From Eutreptiella sp. 'Long Island Sound 2002' (lineage: Eukaryota; Protista; Euglenida), in the NCBI GenBank assembly GCA_964036045.1, contig OZ038378.1:66712001-66776000 (forward strand): a stretch of 64,000 nt of DNA, given 5' to 3'. Shown in pieces: positions 47,501 through 59,189 of the stretch; the first letter of the stretch is position 1; each line of letters begins with the position of its first letter. The notes under the pieces are model-generated. The model was not told where the DNA came from and searched no databases. It saw only the letters and a list, made by a program, of their open reading frames with translations. The position numbers were made by a program, and so were the translations under genes.

Positions 47501-50499
47501 TGATCACCCGAAAGAAATTATCAAACTCCACTAATCCCTTGTGCCCGTTGAATTGGTAGATAATGAGGAGTACCCGTGTTATGGTGAAAGGTTGTGGCGG
47601 CATGTGGTAGACCGTTGGGCGCTAAATGATGCAGCACCGGCTCTACCCTACGACGACACTCCCGTGCTGGCAGCGCAACACACAAAGCAGTGACAAAGTA
47701 TTTGGCGCCAAGCACACATTGCACGCATCAACCGGGACTATGCGCAAGCAACAATATTGAACAAAGATATAGGGCGAATCGCCTCACAGTTTGCCAACTA
47801 TGTAGAGAGATCAACGTCACGGTAACATACATGACAGCCACAAAGCGCACATCCATCCTACACCTTATCAACCGCATGATCCTGTCCACCAACCAATTAT
47901 CGCGAGAACGGAAGGCGGTGCGCGCACACATCCCCGTCCATTATCCACACCAATCAATGTTCCGTGCGCATTTGATTGGAGTCTTCGGAGCCTGCTTGTG
48001 TGGCGGTGACATGTTTTTTGAATCTATGTGTCGTGGCAAGGGTGGTCCTCCGTGGTACCTGGCAGGCACGACGGTCCCGATGGAAAGCTCACAAAATGAT
48101 ATGAAGCATACCTCGTGACAACGAGTGGCTTGATAGGGTAGGACTGGGAACATCTAGCCCGTTTACCAACCTCCCCCATGTGAAACTTGAAAAGATGGTC
48201 TACTTCTCACTGTTGACAGATCACCACACAAAAGGCTCGAGTGGAATCTGGTCATGAACCGGGGCGATCCCCATGGGAGGCCCCGTTAGCGCCCAGGGCG
48301 CGGACCTACGGTCTGTGTGAAGAGCCAAGCAGCGCGCCGAACCTGATGCGCAACATGGGTGACCTACCCTTTTCACCGTGTAGCCACCCGCTCGGGCACA
48401 CACCACAGGAAAACATAATCTGACTTAAGCAACTTTGGGACAACGTTTTGCTGCGGGCTAGGGGGCAGGCCAAATGCAACACGTCTGCACTACACTGTCC
48501 GAAAAATGGGACTTGCCCATGCCATGCGATTGCATGACGGGAGAGATCTGTGTCTATAAGGGCACACGCATGAGACCATCCTTAACAACAATGGGCTTCA
48601 CCACGCATCTGCATGGCATGCACCCCCTCTGTTCTACGCACAATGCTCGGGGCCAACTGCCACGTGCCACCGAAAATACATTGCCACACTGCTGGCATCC
48701 CACCAACACGCACGCAAACACATATCTAATACCACTGTAGGCGCGGTGCTTCATGCACAGCCATTTTTGCACAGGGCGCCGGGCCTCCTCACCATCACCT
48801 CTTGGACACAAATCGCATGTCTCTTAGGATACTGACCACTGTCTATTTTGCGCGCGTTGCACTCCGTTGTGCCCCGCAACATTAGTGGCACACCTTGGGG
48901 CGTTGACAGTACCTTATAGGGGTGCCGCCATGTGGCATATATTCTACGTTGCACAAGGGACACTATCTTTTTTCGCGTGCATCGCTGGATGCGAACACAT
49001 CCATGTGGTCCGACAATGCGTCTGCCTCGTGGCACATGCCTCACACGGGGATATGCATTGACACATGTGCCGACTGCTCCCACGATTTTCCTTTGATACC
49101 CTCCCTAACACCCATGTTGCATCCTTGTACTCCAATCCATCTACGGCCTCCGCTCCGGGGGGAGGGGGCTACATCCTTTCCGTTGATTAGTGAATTCAAT
49201 GTGTAGTTAGCAGTAAGATGTAGATGCGGTTGCTTAGCGGTGGCTCAAGTGTTGCGCTACATTGCTTGTGCCGCTTCGGCTCAGTCGGGTGTCCGTGGAC
49301 ATCTCCACGTCTCACTCTTGTGACAGAAAGGTACCAATGGTCTTATAGGCCACTGACGAGCAAACTTTTTTTGTGCTTTGTACTTTTTGCCACCTGTGCA
49401 CACTGGCAATAGCCCGGCGTTCCTTCAAGGGCACAGGGCCCCAAAAAATTCTAATCGGAGGGAACTGTTTTTTTTTCAACCGGGATGCTTGCCCCCCCCA
49501 CCTACCCCATATACAAAGTTTTCTACCCTCTAGGGACGGTGTCTACCCTAGTTCCACACTTCCCCCCCTAGGGCCACAAACCACCTGCCCCAATTTGCCT
49601 GCCCCCCCCCCCCCCCAACCCCGCCGGGCTCCATACGGGGTGAAATTTTTTGAACCCCACCCTTCCCAAACTATCAGAAAATTTTCCAAAACTTCGAATG
49701 TTGAACCGCCTAGGTTGAAAAACCGCATAAACAAGTTGTGCCAATCTCTTGCGAGAGCCCCCATTCCCATGGACCAAAAATGGTGAAAAACACATAAACG
49801 TTGTAGAAAACATGGCTTGCACAGCTTGGATGGTCGTTTTGGTCGGTCATGGTAGCAGTGATTTCATTTCGAAAAAGTTCGACTTTTGAGCTGCTAATGG
49901 CAAAAGTTGCATAAAGGAGTTGTGTATCAATCTCTTGGGAGATCCCCCGGTCCCCCCCGCACCAAGTTCCCAAATGGAGTGAAAAAGCATAAATGCTTAC
50001 CTGAAAACGTGCTTTACATACCTTTGATGGCCATGTTGTGTGGTTAGGGTGTCAAAAAATAAGCTTCGAAAACTTCCATCTTTGGGCTGCCCGGGGTGAA
50101 AACATGCATAAACAGGTAGTGTACCAACCTCTTGGGAGACCCTCTAACTTGTAGCCCTGACCCACATACCTTTGGCCCTAAGGTTGGCCCTGCCTTGACT
50201 TGCAAAAATAGGACAAGACTTCACACAAACACCCAAGCAACCAGGAAAAATGGGTCTAGGCTTGGGGTCAACAGCAAAAGATGATTACCCTCCATTGCAA
50301 AAAACGGGTGCTTATCTTGCAATCCACACCGTAGCTTCAGGCACGATTCTCTGGTCTGCCGGGGTGGTTGTGGAAGTCTTGTGCTCTTTATGGGTGTTAG
50401 AGGGCTATCACAGGAGGGCGAAGAAAATTAGGAGCAAGGCTACCGCGGGTACTAGAAACCCCCCAACTTGCCCGTGACAGCCCTCCAAGACCGTGGTAG

Positions 50500-53400
50500 C
50501 CTTGACCATGAGACATGTTGTCCTGTTTATCAAAGCCCCCTAACGTGCACAAAAAGCACAACACTTCCCATGACTGCGGCTGCAGCCCACGGGAGTGTGT
50601 GCAATGCTCGAATCTGAATTTCAAAAAAAACAGCCCCAGAAAAAAAAGTGGCGCGTCCTACCTGAACTCTCGGGGGAGTTACAATCCAGTCAAGACAATG
50701 AAATCGCCCATGTCCTCGAGCGGGATCGCCATGCACTGGAGATCCCTGGGAACAGCCAGCACCTCTGTCCTCTGTTTTTTGTGTGTCTCAAGCGGGTTCT
50801 TGTCCCGCAGGGGCTTTGTGCGCTGTGCACTGGCCCGTCGATGTCCCGTCCGGGGTCCGACAAAGTCGTCCGCCGTAAGGCCGAAAGGGTCACTACGTGC
50901 ACTTGAGATATATGCCGCCTTGCGGACAATTCGTCCGCTTGCATGCTGATCGACATCGAAACATGAGCCTGCTCCGAACACGAGGATGCCGTGGCGAGCT
51001 TGCGCAGCGCCGTGGACCGCGCACTCGGGGAGGAGAGCCATGTGCCATTGGCGGAAGCGAAATCGGCAGGAGTCCGATATCCAGAACAATTGGTAGATTG
51101 CATGTTGCGCCTCTACGTACCATCGCGCCGTGTGTTCCTTATAGAGGCAATGCGCTTGTTGGCACAAGTATTTGTTGTGGGGTGCCAAGTAGAGGGACTT
51201 TTGCGCGATGGCTTGTCGGGCGAGTGCCTGTGCCACCTCTTCCAGACAGAGGTGCACGGCTGCCGCTTGGGTGTGTACCACGGCCCGCCTTGCCTGCTCC
51301 ACGAAAGGTCCGTCATGGAATTCACGAGACTCACACGGCGATGAGTCCGGAGTTTGTGTCGGTGGCGGCACCGGCTCTCTAGCCCTTTTGCGCGGCGGTG
51401 CTACATGGCGGCGCCGGGCCATGACCTCAAAGACCCATGTGCGCTCAGCGGTGGTGACTGCTTGCGTCCATTGCCACCGAAGGTCCTCCACCATGAGTCC
51501 GGTATCTGTAAAACGTGGCATTGATCGCAGGGGGGATCGACAGAACACCTCTCACGTGGTTCTAGAAGTTGCGGGCCGTAGGCTTACCTACGTGCGGCGG
51601 GGCGCCGGCAACAGTTGGGACGATGTGCGTGGGTCACTTATTGCTGACGAAATATGGGGCGTGCTGCACTTTGTCAAAAACCCAAGCATGCAAGCGCTAG
51701 AATACGTGGATGTGCCATGTGGCAACTACCACCCTGGAGTGCGCCTGGAATGGAAGGAAGGATCGTTAAAGCGAGTGCGGGAACTGGAGGTGGGTGCGCA
51801 TGCGCAGCTCGTCAGTGGACGCCATTTGCCGCCGGTTGGTTGCCTTTGGTTTCCATGCCTCCCATGTGTTGGCCCAAATGTCCCAAGATGGGGACTCGAA
51901 GAGGCAAGACAAGAGGCACTCCTGCACTGCGAGGCGATGGCGCTGCCCACATCGTGGGCACAGCACCGGCCAGGTTTCCCAGAGTGCCCCATACCCTAAC
52001 CAGCGCAGTGCACCCCATAGCCCAGGACCCCAGTTCTTCCGGTTGACCGCGTGCAAAGGCAGCCATGACGTCCAATCCGCCTCGTGTACTAGCTTTTGGG
52101 GGCGTGATTTGATGATCCACTTGCGGGCTCGGGACGACATCACATGGTTGTTCAAGAGGAAATCCTCGGGTGATGTGCCGCCCCGACCACGGCAATGGTG
52201 CATAGTACTGCGTGCTCCGGTGGCGAGGTTGCCAAATTCGGTGCCAATGCTGCCGTAATAACCTTGTAAGCTATGCGCCTTTTTGGGGTCCCGATGCCCG
52301 CGCGCCCAACGCACTTGGAGTGCCTTGATGGAGATAAGCCGGTACGCTGCGTCGTATAAGTCATAGTCAGACGATTGTGGGCTGGGTGGCTTGGAGACGC
52401 ATCGGGCCGTAGCCCAGTTATCAAGCACGATAGAGTCCAGCGCTTGGGCTGGGCACGCCGGAATCCGTAGGCCGTACATTTTAGCCGTACAAATTGTCTG
52501 CGGGCCCGGTGCTATCGTCTGGATGCGCATAGGTCTGTTGACCACCCTTGTGCCGGCGCGCCCTTCCAACAGGCTGCCGTCGTTGTACCACGTCGACCCA
52601 ATGGATTGCCCTTGCTGGTGCCAGGCACAACCTGATTGCACAACGTCGGGTTGCAGGGGAATAGTGCCGGACTTGGGACGCACGGATTGGACGTACTAGC
52701 GGGGTAGCAGCAAGTCAAACGTGCAATCATTGGAGTACTCATCATCAAAGAGTGCCCCGAGGTCATCGGGGGCCCGTTGGGTGCCTTTCGAGCTGCGAAT
52801 TGCCCGGCGGGAGGGAGGGGCCCCATTTCCATACCAAAGGACAGCAAGATATTGCGGTACTTCTCTACCATGTGCGGGAGATGACCTGAGTTCGTACGGT
52901 CTGTCATAGGCCTGTGTGGAACTCGCAAGGCCCCCTGGACTAGCTAGATAAGGGCGCATGAACGAGCCCAAGATGCGTTGTGGAGGCCCCGTCCCTCTTC
53001 CTTGACGTCCGTGTAGATGCGGTACCGCGGGTAATTTCTAACGCGGGGAGCCTACAGGTCAAAATCTTTGCAGGCGGTTTCCATGCGACTGCCCCGGCAC
53101 ACATCCCATGTAAAGAGACTCTTATACACCCACCCGAGGATGCGCATCGAATTGACGATTTGTGCCCGCTCAAATCTTGTCCACAGCAGGATGGTATATG
53201 CGGCCACCGGAGGTGGTAGGGCGGCGAAGAGCGCATCCCTTGCCTTACCCCTGTACCCTACAATAGTAATGGTGTGGCCCAAGTAAGTGAACATGGGATC
53301 CTTGAAGTTGAGGCGATGCTGTCCCCACTAGATGTATTTTGCTTGCTAAGTACCCCATAAGGTAGCGCCCAAGGACCGTGGTCCGTGGAAGTGATACACT

Positions 53401-53538
53401 TCCGTCTTGTTAGGATTGAATTGCATCCCAATGTGCAACCCCGAAGCGAAGAGGTCGGTGAGGAGTTGCTCCAATTCAGAGTAATCTTTGACAATGATGG
53501 CAATATCATCAACGTAAAGGAATGTGTCCGGGTACTTG
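50500..53538 (-). mobile_element. LINE 3' part: RT subdomains 5-7, RNase H, Cys/His finger, long C-terminal extension
   Basis: FLYVDDIAII, GMQFNPNKT and FTYLG (RT); WYNDGS, IVLDN, VRWARGH and IGTEFGNLA (RNase H); CPRCGQRH..ECLLSC (finger); ORF 50679-51548 (extension). Confidence 0.9.
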
Positions 53539-53572
53539 CCCTTGGTACGCGTTTGAACCCCAAGGTTGTTCC
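53539..53572 (+). repeat. Terminal inverted repeat of a DNA transposon (end 1)
   Basis: CCCTTGGTACGCGTTTGAACCCCAAGGTTGTTCC is nearly identical to 58950-58983 and directly abuts the RT just before KYPDTFLYVDD. Confidence 0.75.
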
Positions 53573-53859
53573 CGACTAGAATGTTCCCAATGGGAACGAT
53601 TCCCGCCGGAACGATTTCTTTGGGAACACCATCGGAACAAGTGTCGCAGGCCATATAACCAGATCCATCACCATGAGTTTCCAAGTTCGTAAATGATGTT
53701 TTTTGTCTCTTTCTTGCATGTGTCACGTGTCCAAGGCTTGTCTTTCCCATCGGGGCCATGTTGACATATTGTGGGCCGTCGGTGCCACCTTCCACTAGGT
53801 GTACCCATTTGGAACTTTTCGTATCCATTTGCAAGCCTGCTGCTCCTTGTAGTCCAAAC

Positions 53860-54600
53860 ACACCGTTGTATGACTTTCCAACGTTGGCGTACCCGTTTTC
53901 CTGTTTGATTTGTGCATTGTGGCCATGCCTAGGGTCCCATTTTGGTATTTGTTTCTTGCCTGAATCCTCGGTGGGTCTACGAGCATCTTCCCCTAGAGGT
54001 ATGGATTGCCAAATTTCGCTTCGTAGTTCATTGCTGTAGCTTCGGCATGCCTGCGACACAGACCCGGGTTCAGCAACCAACCGCCTACCTCATCCATTTG
54101 GCTAGTGCTCTTAGCCTCCAGGACGGGGATCTTGTTGGGGAGCTCATAGCGGAATGGGCCATCTCCTCACCACTCACCCACTGCCAATCAGTGGTGGCCG
54201 TGCGCTAGGCCCAACCGAGCTGTGTCCGAGAGATACAGCAAGGTTTTCTAGCAGCGCTAGCAAGATCTACTAGCCCCCTTGGAGCTTGCCCCCACGGTGA
54301 GCACATTGGATCCCAAGGCCACGGGCATCATTTGGCCATGGGCATCGTGGCTGCGCCACATTGCCAGCCAACTACCGTTGTGCCGCATGATCGATTGGTC
54401 GTTACCCCTGACATGCATTGTCAGAGGGGATGGCTACCGATGCGCAGATGGGGAGTGGTCCCAATTGTCCGTGTCCATCGCTTGCATGGGCCTTTGCGGA
54501 CGCCTTCCCGCCTGCATGTGGGTCATCGGCCTCGCAATTTGCGGGGACAAAGCGATGGCGACCTTGGCAACCTCTAGGAAGCCAATATTAAGGTGTGCCG
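53860..54600 (+). mobile_element. DDE transposase N-terminal/first-Asp fragment immediately inside the CCCTTGG terminus
   Basis: LCRMIDWSLPLTCIVRGDGYRCADGEWSQLS...MWVIGLAICGDKAMATL is homologous to 20959-21200. Confidence 0.5.
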
Positions 54601-54799
54601 CATACACACCGTGTTGTTCCGGTGACGTTCCGATAACTTGTTCCGGCGACGTTCCGGCGACGTTCAAGTGTTTTGTTGGACCCGTCACCGGAACAATTTG
54701 GTTCCAACAAAATTGATGTTGTTTTCTTAGGCCATCCAGGAGGTTGTGGACACCCAGCGGGTGGTCTACAACTCCCGCGAGCGAGCGGCCGATGCCTGG

Positions 54800-55505
54800 C
54801 TAGGTTTGGGTGCGGGTTTGGGCTTGGGTTTGGTTTTGGGCTTGGGTTTGGGTTTGGGTTTGGGTTTGGGTTTGGGTTTGCGTTGCGGGTTCTGGCTTGG
54901 GCTTGGGTCTGGGTTTGGGTTTGGGTTGGGGTTGCGGGTTTGGGCTTGGGTTTGGGTTTGGGTTTGGGTTGAGGGTTTGGGCTGGGGTGTGGGTTTGGGT
55001 TAGGGTTTGGGATGCGGGTTTGGGCTTGGGTTTGGGTTTGGGTTTGGGTTTGGGTTGCGGGTTTGGGCTTGGGCTTGGGTTTGGGTTTGGGTTTGGGTTG
55101 CGGGTTTGGGGTTGGGTGTGGGTTTGGGTTTGGGTTTTGGTTTGGGTTTGGGCTTGGGTGTGTGCATTGTGTTGGTGCGTTTTGCGTGTTACCTTGCCCC
55201 CACCCCCCCCGTGTCCCTTTCGGGGTTTGGGTTTGGGCTTGGGTCTGGGTTTGGGTTTGGGTTTGGGCTAGGGTTTGGGTTTTGGTTGCGGGTTGGGGCT
55301 TGGGCTTGGGTTTGGGTTCGGGTTTGGGTTGCGGGTTTGGGCTTGGGCTTGGGTTTGGGTTTGGGGTCGGGTTGCGGGTTTGAGCTTGGGTGTGGGTTTG
55401 GGTTTGGGTTTGGGTTGCGGGTTTGCGCTTGGGTTTGGGCTTGGGTGTGTGCATTGTGTTGGTGTGTTTTGTGTGTTACCTTGCCCCCCCCCCCCCCGTG
55501 TCCCT
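54800..55505. repeat. (GGGTTT/GGGCTT/GGGTTG)n telomere-like simple repeat with higher-order blocks
   Basis: Hexamer runs. A unique spacer GTGTGCATTGTGTTGGTG...TTACCTTGCCCCC...GTGTCCCTTT recurs at about 55160 and 55447. Confidence 0.95.
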
Positions 55506-55850
55506 TTCGCTCCTTGCCCCCCTCTGTCCCTTTCCCTGTTTGCACCCCTTTGTTTGTCTTTGAATGACGATTTTGATTTGGATTTTGATAAAAATATTGA
55601 AAAACAAAAGAAAGGTTTGTGCCTTCCCTTCAAAACCCCAGGTAGTCGACGTGGGGCCCAGCCACTGCGTGGCGGGTAATTGGGTTTCACTCTCCCTTCC
55701 AAACCCCAGGCAGATGACCTGGGGCCCAGCCACCGCAGCGGTGGGTAATTGATTTACTTACCACGGTTCCGTAGGTCCCCCCCCCACCCCCGGGGCTGCA
55801 GTGCGCGCAATGCGCCTTGTGCGCGCCCAGGACTGTCTGTATTTTTCACT

Positions 55851-55962
55851 GTTCCGGCGACGTTCCAACAACCTGTTCCGGCGACGTTCTGGCGACGTTC
55901 CAACGGTCACTGGAACGTCGCCAGAATGTCGCCAGAACAAGTTACCGGAACGTCGCCGGAAC
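55851..55962. repeat. ~112-bp palindrome built from GTTCCGGCGAC units
   Basis: The left arm GTTCCGGCGACGTTCC...GTTCTGGCGACGTTCCA pairs with the right arm TGGAACGTCGCCAGAA...GGAACGTCGCCGGAAC around an 8-nt loop. Related cassettes are at 54611-54700, 56895-57010 and 57881-57930. Confidence 0.85.
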
Positions 55963-55979
55963 AAGGTGTGCAGTGTGCG

Positions 55980-57330
55980 GTACAACACACACACACACAC
56001 ACACACACCACACACCACACACCACAGACCAACCACAGACCAACCACAGACCACCAACCGCGGACCACCAACCACATGCCACAGACCACAGACCACAGAC
56101 CAACCACAGACCACAGACCACAGACCATCAACAACACACCACAGACCACATACCACAGACCAGCCACAGACCACAGACCAAAAACCACAAACCAGAGACT
56201 AAAGACCACAGACGACAGACCACAAACCACCAACCACACACCACAGACCACACACCACAGACCAACCACAGACCACCAACCGCAGACCACCAACCACAGA
56301 CCGCAGACCACATATCACAGACCAACCACAGACCACCAACCACAGAACACCAACCACAGACCACCAACCACAGACCACAAACCAGAGACTAAAGACCACA
56401 GACCACAGACCACAAACCACCAACCACACACCACAGACCACACACCACAGACCAACCACAGACCACCAACCGCAGACCACCAACCACAGACCGCACACCA
56501 CATACCACAGACCAACCACAGACCACCAACCACAAACCACCAACCACAGACCATTAACCACAGACCACATACCAAAGACCACAAACCAAAGACCACAAAC
56601 CAGAGACTAAAGACCACAGACCTCGAACCACAGATCACCAACCACACACCACAGACAACAGACCACAGACCACAGACCACATACCACACACCACAGACCA
56701 CTCACCACAGGCCACCGACTACACACCACAGACCACAGACCACAGACCACAGACCACAGACCACAGACCACAGACCACAGACCACAGACCACCAAACACG
56801 TACGATAGACCGCAGACCATAGACCACAGACCATAGACCAGTTTCCTCCATGTCATACGGGCCACTTGGGCCAGAAAAACTATCCCCCAGGAAGGTGTTC
56901 CGGCGACGTTCCAGTAAATGGTTCTGGCGGTGTTCAAATGTTGAACACCTAAAAACACCACAACGTCGCCGGAACGTCGCCGGGACAACTTGCTGGAACG
57001 TCGCCAAAACAACTTTTATTGCCCCCTCCTTTGCAACCACAGACCACAGACCACAGACCACAGACCACAGACCACAGAGCACCAACCACAGCCCACAGAC
57101 CACAGACCACAGACCACACACAACACACCACACACCACACACCACAGACCAAAGAGCACCAACCACAGCCCATAGACCACAGACCACAGACCACAGACCA
57201 CAGACCATGGACAACCAACCACAGACCGCACATGACACACCACAAACCACAGACCCACAGACCACAGACCACCAACCACAGACCACACACCGCAGACCAC
57301 AAACCACCAACCACAGACCACAGACCACAC
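55980..57330. repeat. (ACCACAG)n-based complex microsatellite in two blocks (55980-56836, 57035-57330)
   Basis: Starts as (AC)n, then ACCACAG/ACCA/CAC mosaics. The two blocks are separated by a GTTCCGGCGAC cassette. Confidence 0.95.
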
Positions 57331-58229
57331 GGTTTTTGGTTTTCTTTCACTCTCCCTTCCAAAACCCAGGCTCCCAACCTAGGGCCTAGCCCAGGCCTTT
57401 GCTTAGGTTCCATCCTACCCTAGGGGGGGGGGGGGTCTAGCGGAGTCTCGGGTGTTTTCAGTCTCCAACCCCCCCCCCCCCGGGGGAGGGTAGGCCCTTG
57501 TGGGGGTTGTGGGTCCGTTGGGTCTGTTGAGTCGGTCCCCTTTCTCTCCTGCTTCCCCCCGTGCTTGCTTCACTGTGTAGGTATCATGAAAAATATTTTT
57601 GTACGGCATGTTTGCATGCAATGTCATAGCATGTGTGCATGCCCCGCGCCAATAAAGGGGGTAGGAGTTTATTTTGTCACGTTGGATTGAAGGGCTGGGG
57701 CTAACCCGAGAACCCCACAGTAGATGATCTAGTGTGAGGTCCATGGTGCATTGCTAATCTCCCGCCACCCGAAAAGGGGTTCACAAAGAGAATACCCCGA
57801 TACACCCTCACGGGCACCTTGCACAACAATGTATGTTACCATTTTACCCTTCCTCGTGCTTTGCTCTTAATGTAGGTTGCTTGTTCCGGCGACGTTGAAA
57901 TAACTTGTTCCAGCGGTGTTCCAATGGTGTTCTACCCCTTCCCCAAGGTGCCTCTGGCTAGCGATTGGGCGGCGGGTAGTTGGCGTCCACAGCTAAGCCC
58001 CCCCCCCCCCTGCCGCTAACTAGCACCGTCTTGCACAGCATCAACCTCTTTTCCGTGTCCTTAGATCCTTAGATGCATCCAAGACATGGGGTTCCCACGA
58101 CCAGCGGCGGAGGAGGGGAAAGAAAAATTCTCCCAAGGAGGCGAAATTTCACCCAAGTAGCGGGGCGACAAGTGTTGAGGATGAATACTAGCCAACTTTA
58201 GTGGCAATCCCCCCCATGACATGCCGACC

Positions 58230-58949
58230 AGTGAAGCACTCATCCCACAACTCATCCCACAGCGGCACATGGCTAATGACCCGGCAAGCTTGAATGAATT
58301 TAAACGATCATGTCTGGGCAAGCGCTAGACAGCCGTGGGCGCCGATGGGGTTCCGCACCGCTTGTTGGGTACGCTGCCAGATAATACGCTACACATGCGG
58401 TATGAGGGGGTGCTGGAACTCTAGAGAACAGGAGATATTGGTTGCGGTTTGAGGTGGTGTTGATGTACAAGAAAGGGGATCATGACCGCCCCGAGAATTC
58501 TCGACCCATTGCCGTGACCAACAGCATATATCGCGTGATCATGCACTTGTACAGACCCCGCTTGCAGCGCATCGTGGACCACGTTGCTAGCTGCGAGCAG
58601 TATGAGGCAAGGCCTGTGCGCACCGCGACTGAGCAAAATGCGAACTTAGTCAAGTCCCTCCATGAGCACAAAATGGATGGCCGGGACCCCTTTGTTGTTT
58701 TTTTGGACGATGCCAAAGCTTTCCCATTCACAATCCATGAGGTCATGTTCTCCATCGTTACCCATGGAGCGCTCCCGCCAACCTATGTGGCCGCCTTCCG
58801 CACGATCGATGCACATTCTCACACATACACCGACATACACGGAGAACTGATTTATTTCAAACCCACCCGGCGTGTCAAAGAAAGATGCCCCTGCTCCCCG
58901 CTCATGTTCGCTATTGCATATGAGTTGTGGATCAAGCGTTTCATCACCA
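58230..58949 (+). mobile_element. LINE RT 5' half (subdomains 0-4)
   Basis: TAVGADGVP, YKKGDHDRPENSRPIAV, FLDDAKAF, RRVKERCPCSPLMFAIAYELWIKRFIT; it ends exactly at the CCCTTGG terminus. Confidence 0.9.
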
Positions 58950-58983
58950 CCCTTGGTGCGGGTTTGAACCCCAAGGTTGTTCC
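58950..58983 (+). repeat. Terminal inverted repeat of a DNA transposon (end 2)
   Basis: CCCTTGGTGCGGGTTTGAACCCCAAGGTTGTTCC, preceded by CA. Confidence 0.75.
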
Positions 58984-59189
58984 AGCCAAATTGTTCCACT
59001 GTTCTAGGCTATATGGCCGGAACAAAAAAAGTTCGAAATTTGTTTACCCCCCAACCAAGCCTACCCGTACATGATAGCAAAATATGTTGTTTGCTAGCCT
59101 TGGGGGTCCCCGCTGGTATGCTTATATTTGTTGTCCGCCGCGTTGCCAAATGAAAAAAACTTGTTTTCAAAAACAGTTTTTGTTGGATG

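Noticed and set aside
54588-57423. Long Pro/Thr/Gln-rich and Gly/Leu/Val/Trp-rich ORFs
   Set aside because: They are translations of stop-free microsatellites on both strands, with no unique coding sequence or codon structure.
58950-58983. tRNA-like T-arm (reverse strand GGGGTTCAAACCCGCACCA)
   Set aside because: There is no acceptor, D or anticodon arm, and CCA follows the hairpin directly. It is better explained as a transposon terminus.
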